The position numbers and the translations under genes are program-made. This document shows positions 1 to 15,395 of a DNA stretch of 64,000 bases, in pieces. Position 1 is the first letter of the stretch. Each line of letters starts with the position of its first letter. This DNA is from Lophium mytilinum (taxonomy: Eukaryota), in NCBI GenBank assembly GCA_010093605.1, contig MU004196.1, positions 332,606 to 396,605 on the forward strand, in the 5' to 3' direction. The notes beneath the pieces are model-generated. The model was given only the letters and a program-made list of their open reading frames with translations, made no database searches and was not told the DNA's origin.

Positions 1-137
1 GAGGTCATGCGAGCACTGGACGACACGGAGCACATAGAAGAGGAGGAAGAGGAATGATTCGGGCTGCCAATAGACAGTCAAATGCCTCTAGCCAGGAATG
101 CGCCGACGATGACCTCAATCGCCATACCTTCAGCCCT

Positions 138-1381
138 CTATGGAGACGAGATGACCAATCCAGCATCTACAAAAATCAGCAACCACACGGAGCAAATGGA
201 GAGACCAGAGCACTCACCGACTTGGATTTTCTGGCCCGTCATGGACGAGTTCTTGGCCAGCATTATAAACGCATTCGCGCAATCTACCAGATCCGTAGCC
301 ATCTTCAGCGCCGCCCGGTCCTCGATCGACTTGATCATTTCGGGCGAGTATTTGAGTCCCTGGAAAAGTGAGCGATCACCGGAATTTTGGAATGGAAAAT
401 TAGAAAGAAGGACGCACCCATTCCGTCATCAGCAAACCAGGCAGCACGGCGTTCACCCGCACTTTCGGCCCCTGCGTGCTCGCAAGACACTTCATGAGAT
501 GCAGCTGCGCGGCTTTGGTGATGGCGTAGGCCATTGAGGAACCGCCTTGAGAAACACCCTACTCTCGCTGCGTCAGCCTCTACCTACCTTCGACATTCGG
601 GTTGCAGATCGAAGGGATATTGGGGTACGCACAGCTACCGAAGAAGTCATGATAAACGCGCCGCCGTCAGGATTCGCGTTGAACGTCGGCAACGCGGCTC
701 GGAGAAGCGCGTGCTGCCCCTTTACGTTGACGGCCCAGCACTGGACTGATCAGCTACCTGTGTAGATTTTGGGCAGAAGGGAAAGGAAAGTAAGGGAGAG
801 GAGGTGGAGCGTACTTTATCCCACTCCTCCTCCGTCAGCGCGTCCAGATCCGCAAACGTGCCGAATTGCGTCCAGCCCTGTATATATATTAGCAAAGTAG
901 TGATTATCGTTACACTCTCCGTAAACCAAAAATAGGGAGTCCTTGTAACAATAGTACCCAAAATTAAAAGTCTACGCAACCCAACCCATACCACATGCAC
1001 CTAAATGACGCGTGCATGAATATGGAAAGAAGGACCCACCGCGTTCCCAACGAGCACATCTATCCCTCCCAGCCCCTCCACCGCCTCTTGTACACATCGC
1101 GCGCAGTCCGCGAGATTCCCGCAGTCCTGTGACGCACGTCATCAGCTATGCGCCTTCTTTGGTCTTAAGAAACCCCTGCACTCGGATGCGTACGGCTTGC
1201 ACTACTATAGCTTTAACGCCGTACTCTTTCGAGATGTCCGCGGCGAGGGAGTCGGCGGGTGCACGCGCGGAGACGTAGTTGATAGCGATGTTCGCGCCTT
1301 CGGATGCGAAGAGGCGCGTTATTACTGCGCCGAGGCCGCTGGGCGGATTATGAGCTTGGACAGTTGAAGTAGCTTTTGTGG

Positions 1382-1423
<42 letters not shown>

Positions 1424-1668
1424 GGGGGGGGGAAGAAGAGAAGAAGAAGGGAGGGGTGGGGTGCACAGCATTGATATAAGTCTGGACGGAAACCAATCAC
1501 GGGAACGGCGGATGGAGGGGTATGACCCAGGGGGCGCGTGTGGATGTGATTTCGGAGAAGGTTTTGGTAGTGCTGGGGGAATGGAAAAGTATGGGGGAGG
1601 GAAGCAGAACAGGCATACCGCGAACCGCCGGTGATGAGCACGTTGCGGGATTTGAGGTCGTAGGGCAT
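138..1668 (-). CDS. Short-chain dehydrogenase/reductase (multi-exon)
   Basis: Exons give MPYDLKSRNVLITGGSR|GLGAVITRLFASEGANIAINY (TGxxxGxG), GGIDVLVGNA|GWT, MAYAITKAA (YxxxK), VRVNAVLPG and SMTGQKIQV|DAGLVISSP*. Introns are GT-AG. Confidence 0.9.
1385..1420. repeat. (GA)n microsatellite in SDR intron 1
   Basis: Uninterrupted AG dinucleotide run. Confidence 0.95.
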
Positions 1669-2106
1669 CGTGATAGACTGCGGAAAATAAGGGTTGAGAA
1701 AGTAGCTCTGGTTTTAGGAATGTTAGGGTAGTTTCGTACGTTCGATTGGAAAGGACGAACGGTTGCTTACGCAGGAGAGCGGGTGCCGATGTCGTACATG
1801 TAGCGTCTGAAGGGCGTAGGTCGAGTCGAGTTGCCTTACCGACGTACCTAGGTACAAACCTCCAAGGCGGGGTGGTGGGATGGCAGTGGCTGGTGGGATC
1901 GTCAACGTTGTGGCTAGTATTATCTAACTGCATCAGTGCAGGTGCTAGAAGCATATCCAATATGCGAAGACATGCAAATGTAGATCAGTGGCGCAACCCC
2001 TAAGCTTCCTGGACCAATATTTGCGCAACACATAGATATATTGCGTGGTACGTCCAACCTCCCATCACACCAAACAACCTTTCCGCTTCGCATCGCCTCG
2101 CCTCGC

Positions 2107-5100
2107 CTACATGTTATCAAAGTCCAACCCCCACGCATCATCATCATCCCCCAAGCCCATGCCCATGCCCATATCCCCGCCAAGATCCAACCCCAGATCC
2201 ATCGCCCCGCCTCCCAGATCCAGCCCACCTCCAGCCCCTCCAACGCTGAGGTCCAGATGCGTTTCCAAACCCCTCTCGAGACTCTGCTGGTCCATCGCCA
2301 TGCTGGACCCCACCGCCGCAGCTGCTGCGTCGTTGACGGCGCTCATGCTCATGTCGATGTCCGGCATCGCGTGCTGCACATCAACTACGTCGACGTTGAG
2401 TGCCGGGAGAGCGTGCGCGCCCACAGCCGCGAGCTGCGCTTCGACGCGACGGTGTAAACGGACCATGGTTTCGGCGGTGGTGCTGTTAGTGAGGTAGATG
2501 CTCGCCGCGTTGTCGTACTCGACTTTCAGCATTTCGCGGAGGTTGATGCGGGTATGTGGGGGTGCGATGGCTGCAATAGGCGAACCCACCCAAACGACTT
2601 CGAGAGGGGAGTTCTGGGTGCTCGGAGCGCAGATGAGAGCGGTGGCGATGTCGAGAGCTACGGCGCCGTTGCCGGTTGAAGTCTGAGACGTGACTTCGTC
2701 GAGGATGGCGTGGAGAGTTTTGTGGGCGCCGAGGAGGGCGGAGGTGGTGAAAAGTTGGCGGTGGGTGTAGCTGGGTGGGGAGAGGTGGATCGTCCCATTG
2801 GAGGACCACATGCTCAGGTCTCGAATAGTGTTGCGAAGAGCAAGGCGGAGAGTGTTGCCAGGGGTGCTGGTCCATTGGTCGAGGTCGGTGATGGAGGCGT
2901 AAGAAGAGCGTTCATAGTGAAGATACACCTTGATGGTCTCGAGGAGTGGTTCTATATCTGGGCGGGCTGGGTCTCGGCGGCGGAGAGTCCGTAGGCATTT
3001 GTCCAGCCGGGTGGAGACCATGGAGAGGATGGTACTGTGCATAGTCTGTGCATCGCCAGAAATTGAGTTTGGTCGAATGAGTTTGTGAAAAATCTGCATC
3101 AAAACATCGACGTCTTGGTGATTCTGTTCGAGCGCATGAGATGTCATCCAAGTCAATGCACCGACTAGCGAGGGTAATAGAAATGTCTCAAGGAGGTCTA
3201 TTCCGAAATCAGTGAACAGCCAATCAAGTGTGGGTATCGAACTTACATTCCAGAGCTCCTTTAACACTGTCCATGGACAGCACCTCTGCCGAACAGGCAT
3301 AAATGATCTGACTGAACAAAGTCGGCATAAGTAGGTAGAAATCCTGCATCCGACATGACTTCATAACATCGTCAATCGCGGCTGAATCTTCGGTAAGCAG
3401 ACCCCGAAGCCAACCGCCGAGGTGTCTGCCCTGCTCATCGGTGAGCTCGTCCGCAGGAATGCTGAGATGTCCGCGTTCCAGAATTTGTGAAATGAAGGAC
3501 CCAGGCTGTATGCCAAGGTCATGGTATGTGAGTTCATGCCGATGCACGAAAGCGAGAATCAGGACTAGAATGGCCCCGAACTCGTCATAGACAGGCTGAT
3601 ACTCGCCTAAAATTATCAGCTCTGCTCGCCCCCAAGTCCATAGACATCTTACCTTGATCTCCATCATACTGCCAATTGTCTAAAAATCCGCACAGTGGCT
3701 GCAGTATGCTGGCAGGAGAGGTGAAAAGAAGCATTACATCTAAAGCCTGCGGCTTCTTTGACAGTAGATTGGAAATAGACTTGAGATAAGGGGTCATGTT
3801 GGTGTCGCAAAGATACGATATGAACTAAATGGCTATCAGTAATCAAACATGACATACTGTGCATGTACATACCTCAGTGAGAGCCAATACAATCGCTCCA
3901 GCATTCCCGTCCATGTTCTCAATCTCATCGATAAACATATTGACTTTCTCGAAGCTTTCTTTGCATTGCTTCAACAGGTCTTCTTTGACATACTTGACTT
4001 CCGGTGGTTCCTGCATTGGCCGCTCACCGAGATGCCTCTCTATGTTGCCAACTGCGATGAGATTGTGCAGGGCACAGGCGTTGAGGAAGTCTTGACGAAC
4101 GTCCGAGAGAACGTTGTTGCCGCCACCGTCATTGAATCCTTGAGATGGTGCGGGAAAGGCGTTTAGGTCCACATGGCTTAGTGCTTGGGTGATACAGAAC
4201 TCCGGGGCCAATCCGTACAGCGGTCCTTGTAGTTGCGCTACAAGCGGTGGTATTCGGTTAATCAAGAAAGATTTCAAGCAGTTCATCCTTTCGTTAGATT
4301 CACTGCGATACATCGCGTTTGATAGGATATCGAAAGAAGCAGTAATGAGATCGATCGCAAGGGTTTGGGTATCAAGCTACCTCGGTTAGACCTCTGCAAT
4401 TACGGCGATTTCAACAACTTACTTTGTATCTGGCATGTAAGTAGTTAAGAATCGTGACATCGTCCGTCAACGGACGAGCAACAAGCTATCATGATTAGCG
4501 AGCTCCAGAATAAATTGATGAATGGTCATACCAAAGAGTTAAGAAATATGTAGAGACCAGCTCTCGTGTTGATAGTAGGTAAATCCATGAGAGACTCGAG
4601 TTGGATTGACGCAACCGCAAGACCATTATCTCCGGTCCCGCCGTTGAGGTCGTTGCCAGGGTCGATAAGGAGTGCATGCTTAGTCTGGGATTCTTCGAGT
4701 CGACTGGCAATCGTCGGAGAGGTCTGTTCCAGCAATGGTATGAACGAAGACAGAGACTGAGAAAATGCTTTCCGGAGCTCTGAAAATTGTAAGTGTCTTG
4801 CAACAATGCTTGATGTCTCACACCAAAAAGAAAATCACTTTCAACACCCTTGCAATCAACAAGATTTGAAATATCTGATAAAAAGAGATCCACTCTTACC
4901 TTTCAGCGGCGGTGCGTTCAGCATCTGCACCATCCTCATATTGTCAATAACCCCCATAACCAGCATCCCCAGCGCCTCCCGGACATTGATCGACTGCTGC
5001 TGAAGCTGCTGCACTCCAGTCATAGCCTGAACAACCGCATCGCCCGCATGCGCCGTCACCATAGCCGACATCCACTGGCCCACCACCGTCAGCACCTTAC

Positions 5101-5512
5101 GCGCCTCCATCTTCGTCCTCGGGCGATCACCGGGCGTCGCAAACGCCTTGTGCAGCCGATGAAAGATGATCTCGTCCAGTTCCGGCGGATTCTGCCAACG
5201 CTCCTGGGGGGCAAGGGCCGCATCGCTGCTCTTCGAGGGCCGATCCCGCGACCACCGGAAGGCCGCGATGAGCACGTCAGCCGCGTCGATGCGGTTCAAT
5301 GCCAGTAAGCGCTCGAGATAGACGACGAGCAGCGGGTCGATGGTGCTGGTCGAGGCGGTGCGCGGGCGCAGCAGCACGTCGGCGAGTTTGGCGCCCGCGA
5401 TGGGAGTCCGCGCGTGGAGCTGGCGGGCGGCGGCTTCGAAGACGTCGGCGCGGATGCGCTGCGAGAGGCAGCGCGAGAAGAAGAGAGTCCATTGTTGAGG
5501 CGGGGACTCCAT
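2107..5512 (-). CDS. MED5: Mediator of RNA polymerase II transcription subunit 5 (Med5/Nut1), multi-exon
   Basis: N-terminus [26 protein letters not shown]; internal [53 protein letters not shown] and YTHRQL; acidic MDL-rich C-terminus. This matches my recollection of Pezizomycotina Nut1. Confidence 0.85.
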
Positions 5513-6044
5513 CCCTACGACATGGATACAGCGTTCGAGAGCGGAGTGGCGTCAGCACGAGCGGCGATTTGGGAAGATGGGTTTATTGAAGCGTAGGTAA
5601 GAGATGATGTGTGGTTTGTGTGTTGTCGATCGCTGAGGGCCAGTAGTTAGCAGCAAGGATGTCGACACGGACAGCGAGGCTGGACCTGCTGGTGTTGAGG
5701 CGGCCTGGGCGGATCCCGCCGCTTGGGACGAGCTTGGAGCTAGCCCAATGCAGGTGCCCGGGTGGTCTGTGCCAGGGTGTTCGTCAAATCGACAAAAGGG
5801 TCAAAACGAGGTCAGGAAAGAAAGCAGAGCCAGTGCTGCACAGCGTAGGGCACGTGTGGTGATGTATTGACCATTTCTATTAGGTTGTAGCAGTGCTGCC
5901 ACGGTGTCATTGCAAGTAGTGAGTGCTGATACATGCCCTCCCTTTCCAACGCCTTCCCATTCCCTACTTACTCGACCCTGCGAGTAGCCCGCCCGTGTTG
6001 AGCACGATCCTGAATGTGTCCCTCTCTTGATGACGTCGACCAAG

Positions 6045-6785
6045 TCAAGGCTGTATGTTGCGTCCAGCGCCGTCCTGCGCAGCCTCCTCGGCCTCGGGCG
6101 CTCTTGGCCCGACCATCCAGTCCTCCATCGCCAGCCACTGACTCCACGTCTTCTCTGCGCCCTCGATCTCGGCCAGCTGCACGTTCTGCAGCGGCCGCAG
6201 GAACGGCACCGACTCGTGCGGGCTCATGTCGTACTGGTACTTGACCTTCGCCCAGCCCACGCTCTTGGCCGCAAAAAGGTAGTTCCGCCGTTCACACTCC
6301 TGCACGGGCCCAATCCCCTTCCGCCAGTCGTCGCCGAAGAAGCCGTGCAGCACGCCCTCGCGGTCGAAGCCCGTCACGATGAGGCGGCGGATGTACGGCA
6401 CCAGTGACACCCACATGGGCACCGAGGGGCGCTGCTGTGGGTGAGAGGGCACGGGACCGTGCCGCGGCCAGGGCATGTTGTAGGCGCCAGGCCCCGCAGC
6501 GTGCGGCGAGGGCCCTTGGGAGTTGGCGACGGGGTTGTCGCTCCATTGGAAGGGGAGGCAGATGTTGACGAGCGCGGCCACGGCCTGCACCGACGCGTCG
6601 TGCTGCGCGTGGTCGAGGAAGTAGCGCTGGCAGCTCTGGTACGCGGGGTGCCACTCGAAGATGTCGAATTGCGGGTCGCCCGTCATGCCCGCGGGAGAGG
6701 CCTCGGTCGACGACGAGGGTCCCGTGAAGGGACCGCCTCGTGCAGGATAGGATGGGTAGCCGGGGAATCCGCCGAAGAAGGACAT
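6045..6785 (-). CDS. Conserved fungal hypothetical protein, 246 aa
   Basis: Intronless ORF with high GC3. Motifs FDIFEWHPAYQSCQRYFLDHAQH and YIRRLIVTGFD..VLHGFFGDDW..GIG...ERRNYLFAAKS match a Pezizomycotina family of unclear function. Confidence 0.8.
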   Translation of the reverse strand: MSFFGGFPGYPSYPARGGPFTGPSSSTEASPAGMTGDPQFDIFEWHPAYQSCQRYFLDHAQHDASVQAVAALVNICLPFQWSDNPVANSQGPSPHAAGPGAYNMPWPRHGPVPSHPQQRPSVPMWVSLVPYIRRLIVTGFDREGVLHGFFGDDWRKGIGPVQECERRNYLFAAKSVGWAKVKYQYDMSPHESVPFLRPLQNVQLAEIEGAEKTWSQWLAMEDWMVGPRAPEAEEAAQDGAGRNIQP

Positions 6786-7613
6786 AGCATTGGTCTACAG
6801 GAGGTGGTGACGTCGTGTTCCTCTATTTAGGAGGGTGTCTAAGGCTGTCAGCGAGAAGCCTGGCCGAGAGATGCGCAATACGGGGCTCACAGGGCGTGTA
6901 TCTGGGAGGCCCTGCAGTCTGGTGTTATTCTGGACTGCCAGGACGGACATGTGCAAAGGCAATGATCAATGACGGTGAGAAGCGGGCAGGTTGTGGGGAG
7001 CATTCGAGGAGAGGGCCCAGATTTATCATTAAAAGGTCGAGGCTCCTGGAGAGCTCCGGGTTGGCCTCGGGCGCCTCCACGAGTATTATAATATTGAGTC
7101 CATGTTGGTGCACTTGTATTGCAAAGCACCCTGGCCGACAATCACGCCTCAAGTTCCCTGGAGTGCTCTGCCACTAGCCTGCCGACGGGATCGATCCAGG
7201 GGAACGGACAGCAAAACGCCGCATCAGGGCAGCCAATGCGGACAAGCAGGGCGTCTGTTGACGGGGATACCGCACGGTGGAAGTGGCTTAGGGCGGCTGC
7301 TTGGAGCCATGGAGGAGGGATGCACTTTTTTGCCCGGCTGAGGCGTGCGAGGCCTGCAGAAGGGGGCCCAAGGGGGGGACCAAGGGGGGCTGCATTCACC
7401 CAATCCCGTGAAGGGTGCTGCATACTTGGCGTATACTGGGCGTGGGCGGTGCTCAGCTGGCGCCGCCTGCCCCTCCACCGAGAAGATTTTGCCTCCAGGG
7501 CTGCAAGATGGCGCGAGAGACCGAAATCTAGGTACCCCAGACGCAGCGCCAGCATCCGGCCGATGCGCGGCTCGCTTGTCGGAGGTGCCGAGTTTGCACA
7601 GCCGCCGGAGATA

Positions 7614-9697
7614 CAGTAAAACCTGCTTATAGTAATACGGTTTGTTTCGGAGGAGTGTATTACTATACAGAGGGTATTACTATATTTAGGTTTCTTAGTA
7701 ATCCGCCTAGTAAATAATAATTAGTTAATAATATCGTGTATTCTTAACCTTCTAGCTAAAGTAGATATATTCTAAGCCCTCCTGCCCCTAAAAAAGTTAG
7801 AAATTAACATCTACTTAGTATTTTAATTAATCCTCCTTCTATATAGGCGCCGCTCGTGTTAATATAGAGAGAAAATTAAGAATAATTTACTATCCTCCTA
7901 CTACTTCTTATATAGCCTAAGAGTAGCTAATATATCTATAGCTTCTTAAAGCTTTATAGTTAGATCCTTCTACCTTCCCTTAGTATCTAACTCTTTATCT
8001 TCTAGCCTAGAATATAGGCTAGCTATAAAGGCGGTAATGTCCCCTAGGGCCTTCTAGATTTCCTTATTATCTAGGTAAATAAAATTTATAATTTCTATAT
8101 ATTACTATATTCTTTCTACTTTTTCTAAGGCATTTAGGCACTACTATATATTATCTAATAGTAGGGGTTCTATATAGTTCTTAGAATACTAAGTAGGGCC
8201 TTTATAGTTGCTAAATATAGTTAATTTAATATAGTAATTTAATATAGTAGATAGCTTAACTAGGTTCTATATAGTAATAGCCTATTAAATTACCTATAAT
8301 ACATAGATTTCCTTAAGAGGATCTTATTTCTCTAGCGTCTAATTAACTATAAAGTGTAGCTAGAAACGCTAATAATAGGCCTTAAAATTATAAATAATGC
8401 CCTAATCTATAGGCTAATAGACTAATATATAATTAGAAGGTAAAAATACTACTTTAGTATTCTTTAAGGTATTATTATTATTTACTATTTCTATAGCGCT
8501 ATAGTAAGAGCTAAAGCTATCTAAAAGAAGTAGTACCTTTCTTCTATTTACTATCTTATTAAACTACTAAAGATACGCTAGCATAACACTTCTAGTTATC
8601 TACGCCTTCTTATTATTCTTCTAGATAAAGCCTATCCCCTTAATATTTACTCCTTTTAAGCTAAAACACCGTGGATTTACTGCTATTCTAATAATCTAGA
8701 GAGGGAGCTTATAGGTTCCATTGCTATTAGCGCAATTTATAATAGTAATACATACTTTCTATTTCTTAAGGCTAGGCAGTTACTTAGTAGCTAGTATAAT
8801 CTTAGGTATTACTTTCTAAAAGAGACTATATTTATCTATATTATATATATTATATAGGTAATAGTTCTCTATTTCTTTATATATACGGCGCATCTCTTTC
8901 TTAGTATTCTTCTTATAAATAGAGCCGGCCTCTCTATATTACTTTCTTTTCCGCACGCTATTATATATCTTCTAGCCGTCTAGCTAGCTATTAGAAAAGG
9001 TAGGTATTAGCTTATCTTTTAGTTCTATAATAGATAGCTAGAGACACTAAGTGGCCTCTTATAGAAGGTCTCTAGTAATTAGAACTTAATAGCCCTATAT
9101 TATCTAATGCTATTTAAATAGGGCCTTATCTAAAATAGGCTACTTAGTAGCTCTTCTTCTCTCCCTTTCACCGTGCCCTTTTTAAAGCTTTATCCCATCT
9201 AGATGCTTATATTTTTAGCTAAGGCTAAGGGAGATTAAGGGCTGGCCGATAGAACGTTAAAACTTATCCGTAGCCCACGTAGAAAGGGCGTTTTAGTATA
9301 GATGTAGGTTTTTAGCAGTATAATTATAGATTTACTTGCGCTTAAGCTCTAAGATACTATAGCAACACTAGCAGTTAGGATTTAGAACGCGAGGTATTAT
9401 AGAATAAGGAATTAGGTGTAAAAATAATAGATATTAATGCCTTTTAGATGGAAATACAACGTTGTTTAGACAGAGGATGTAAAAAGCTGTATGGCCGGCG
9501 CGGAAAAACCGCCTCTGGATGCCCTCAAAACAGCGGTGAGCCGACCTAGTTAGTATAATATTAGTGAGCGGGGGCTAATAGTACTATAGTAAGCAGGTTA
9601 TTACTGTACTCCATACAAAAACGTATGGTTTCACAAAAAATATTACTCTATAGAGTATATTACTATACCCCCATATTACTATAAGCAGGTTTTACTG
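7614..9697 (-). mobile_element. RIP-inactivated pogo-like (Tc1/mariner superfamily) DNA transposon
   Basis: Perfect 24-bp TIRs CAGTAAAACCTGCTTATAGTAATA (7614-7637 and 9674-9697) flanked by TA on both sides. Body is AT/TpA-rich. Minus-strand DDE relics: YNIDKYSL (IYNMDETGL), KKA*IT (AWMT), RKVLLLLDSFSS and VFLPSN..VY*PID*GII (FLPPN..QPMDQGII). Confidence 0.92.
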
Positions 9698-10568
9698 TAC
9701 GCCCGTTGCTTTTCACGCCCTCTGTAGCGAGTGAGCGTCTGAGCCTGACGAAAGCGTGCAGCACCACGGAGCCTCGAGCCGAGCTCGGGACGGAAGGTGG
9801 GCAGGCATGCCAGCCGACGAATAGCAGCCGGCCATTAATACAAATTCTTGCGAACATCGGACCGCACCTTCTTTGCTCGAGGGCAGGTCGGTGTCGTCAG
9901 GCAGAACGTTGCACTCGGCAAGCCGCGTCGCAGGGCATCCAAGCTGTACGGTGGCAGTCCAACCAGTCGATGCCGTACATTGGAAGCATACCTAGTATCT
10001 CAAACAGCATCCCGCCCAAACGAACCACAGGGCGCCGATAGAACTGCTGGTGCAATCCGCGGCGCCGCCCAATAGCAGGCCGCAAAGCCACACTGCCACA
10101 CTGCCACACACGTCGCCGACCAGTACGTCACTGCAGCCACAGCTCGAACGGTGCTCCGGCGAATCACTGAGTGCCAGGCTTCACACGATGTGACTGTGGC
10201 CTCGCTGCCTCAGCTGCAGCGGTCGACGCCGCCCTCAGCCCTACACTTGAAGCGGTACGTAGTCCGTCGCCGTGCTGCCGGGAGGCTCCATCTGTGCGGG
10301 CGAAGCGAGCTGCAACACATGGCAACGTCATGGATGTGGGCGCTGGGCTGGATGGTAGTAACGCGTCCCCGGGATCAAAGCCTTCTTTCGCGCTTGGCGT
10401 CCTGTGTGCCCCGAGCATCTCCCTGGCACCAGCATACCAGCCTCCTTTCTCACCATCGGTGCAACCCCCATCCCGCAAACCCAATCTGGTTCCGCACTTC
10501 GGCCTGCCCTCTGTCAGATTGCCGAATCCATCCTCGATCTCATCCGATCCGGGCCGCATTGCTGCACC

Positions 10569-11818
10569 ATGGCGTCGCAGACATTCTCGCTAGCCTCCCG
10601 CATCAAGGCATGTCGGGCCACCGTTACACCTGCCGCACGCGTACTGACTGACTGACTGCTTCAGCTGGCTAATGGCCTCTCCATGCCGCAGATCCACCTT
10701 GGCGTGTACCTGGCCAGCGGCAAGGAGGCAGCGCAGTCGGTGAAGTGGGCGTTGGAGGTACGTCTGCAATCTCCATTCCAGCGTGTCCATGCTCACATAG
10801 GCAGGCCGGATATCGGGGTACGTTAGCGTAGCCACACTCCCATCAGTGCTGCAGCCAATGGTTGCGTGCCTCTGCCACTGTACGACAATTGACGATGACC
10901 CCACACAGCCATAGACTCTGCCCAGATGTACCACAACGAAAAGGAGTCTGGCACCGCCATTCTGCGCTTCCTGGCCAGTGATGCCAATACGGCCGGCCTA
11001 ACGCGTGAGGACATCCATTACACGACCAAATTGGCCAGCAACTCGACGTATGACGCAGCCCGCAAGTCCATCAGCCAGTCCGTCAAGGCGTGCGGATTGG
11101 GGTACATTGACCTCTTCCTGCTGCACTCCCCCTATGGTGGCAAACGCGCGCGCCTCGAGAGCTGGCGAGCGGTTGAAGACGCAATCGATGAGGGGGAGGT
11201 CAAGATAGGAGGGGTGAGCAACTACGGCGTGAAGCACGTAAGTTGAAATAACGTTGCACGTCGCCACCGATGGCTAGCTGACCCAGGGACGACCCCTTCA
11301 GCTGGAAGAGCTAATTGCCTCCAAACCCCGCATTCTACCTGCCGTCAACCAGATCGAGGTGCACCCCTTCAACACGCGAACTGATATCACTGAGTTCTGC
11401 GCTGCCAACGGCATTGTCGTTGAGGCCTACGCGCCACTCGTACGCGCGCTTCGTATGAAGCACCCGACGATTGCCTCCCTCGCTGACAAGTATGGCTGCA
11501 CTCCAGGCCAGCTGTTGGTGCGCTGGTAAGCTCGCCGGGTGACTCGACCATACTGTCCCTATTAACTTTCCTCTCCAGGAGCCTGCAGCATGGCTACGTG
11601 CCCCTGCCCAAGAGCGTCAAGCAGGCGCGGATCGTTGAGAATGCAGATATTGGTGGCTTCGCAATTGGGGCGGAGGACATGGCGGCCATGGACGCTCTGG
11701 ACGAGTACCTCGTAACCGGTGAGTTCCCCTTGGCCAGCCTGTGCTACAGCACACACCCGCAATCGGCGCACTCGACTCATGCACATGTGCAGACTGGGAT
11801 CCGACGGACTGTCCGTGA
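10569..11818 (+). CDS. Aldo-keto reductase (multi-exon)
   Basis: [96 protein letters not shown]. The catalytic D/Y/K/H tetrad is present. Confidence 0.92.
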
Positions 11819-12649
11819 TGCAGGACGTGGTGTGTGGTCTCGTGTGGTGTCGTGTGGTTGCGCGCGCCCGTGGGGGGCAGAGTCAGATGTCGTGGAGGTG
11901 TTTTTCAGGCGAGGATGGGTCAGACGTGGAGAGGGGGCTTGGCAGGGCTGCGGGGCTCTGGACCCGACAGACTGGATCGATACGAGAGTGAAAATTTTCG
12001 CCGTGCGGCCGTGGTGTGCATCGAATGTGAAAGCAGGCTGAGCGCCAGGGGTCGTGAAGGGGATGGTGAAAAAAAAGCCACACCTCCTCGGATGTTGGCC
12101 CTGCAGTGCGCACGTCCCGACATCTCCCAGCGTCCCACATCCCGCACAGCCTTGCCGTGCGGTCCCTGGGCTGTACGTAACGAGGGCGTGGAGGCGGCCG
12201 GCATGACGCTGGGCAATTGCACATCAGCGCTGCCTTCGCGCTGTTCGCTGTCACGTGTCGGCAGCTGTCGCGCGCCGTGATTGGTGTGTTGCTTATCTCT
12301 ATCAAGCTGTCTGTCGCGCGACGCAACTCTGTGAATATGCTACTCCGGCGTCGCCCGTACAGAGCCAATAACCGTAACGCGATGGACAACTCTTCGTCTA
12401 ATCCTGCAGCGGGCGAACCATCTGGCCCCTCACCGGCCTGGAGATGGGGTGGTGACGTTCGGGCCTGGCGTGCCTCTATACCCGCGTGGAGCGTTGCTTT
12501 TGACATGGAATGATAAATTCTTGGACCCCGCCATTCGAACGCGCTGGAGTATTTATTCGCCTTGTCCTCTCTCTTTCAGACTCCAAAGCTCTTCCTCACG
12601 AATCCTCGGAACCAATTCATATACCCCAATACCATCACACACTCTCGCA

Positions 12650-14219
<1,570 letters not shown>

Positions 14220-15395
14220 ATGCTTTTCAAAAATACCCATTGTAGGAATTTGACGGTTTTGGCTTGGAATGGAATTGGATTGGAGCGAGGGCTTGGAGAT
14301 ACTGTAGATACTCTTTACTCAGTTTACGAATCTAACGGATATGAATAATACGTTTCGAGTTTGTAGGTTGGTGAGTGCGCAGTGGTTATACAAAGGTAAA
14401 AGGAAAGCTCGGTTTGCCCTGAGTTGCTAGTGAAGCGCTAGTCCTTTTGAGCTCTAGTTCGTAATCCCAACGTCAGATCATCCAAAATGCACACAACGCT
14501 TGACCAATTCCTTCTGAGGCCTTCAAAACGCGCCCAGATGGTCATCTACCGTCGGACCTACACGTATCGGTGCTCTTCGTCTCCCTAGCCAACCACCTTT
14601 CCACAACCCTCGGTTTTTCGACTCCCCAGACGCGCGCGGACACGCGTCTGGGCATCACGACGGAACTAGGAACGATCCAAGGCATACTGGAAAAGGCGGC
14701 TTTGAAAAGTAGTCTTCTGTTGCGGATATGCCTTTTGCCAGACGCAGCGAAGCACGCGAAAGGACCACGACGACGTGACGCTTGAGGTGCTTTCAGACGC
14801 TGAAATCTTCTCTCTGGTAAGAGATGCAGTAGGGCGGACGAAGAGACGTCTATGATTCCATCGGCGCTCAACTTCAGACGTCCCCTTTCGGCATCAGCAG
14901 ACCTATGCTCTTGCGCGACATGCTTGTCCATACGAAGGCTTGACAGTACTATGACTCGATTCGATTGTCGCGTGCGCAAAATTTGACGCTGGAGCGTCTG
15001 ACAATAAAGCAGACGACTTTGAAGGTAGAAAGATAAAAGAAGAGCCGCTTCATATCTGGATCGGTTTCCAATAGCATATCAACGCAATATAAGTCAAGCA
15101 AGAGAGGAAAGAACCGAGTTGGCGTGCCTTCATGGCGACCTCTATCGCAAGACGGTAGGTAGTCTTTAATTTCTAAAACACCGCTATCTTTCTCTTCTTC
15201 TCCTTGCAAAATAATTTTCGAATCCTTTCCCGCAGATGCAAGCCACATCTATACACCGATGCATTTCCTGTATAACCTATACGGCCCCTCATTATAGCCA
15301 AGCTGTCCCTAAACACTGTAATATCGTCGTTTCATGCTGCTCGGTGCTAGGTTGGGTCACCCGTTGCGTGACATTCGTATCAAAATTGCTTGGCA

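Noticed and set aside
7360..7390. Repeated CCAAGGGGGG (STRE/BrlA-like) motifs
   Set aside because: Short G-rich motifs cannot be assigned from sequence alone.
14542..15248. Minus-strand ORFs of 145 and 99 aa downstream of paralogue A
   Set aside because: No recognisable domain or MazF-like motif and no convincing start or splice structure.
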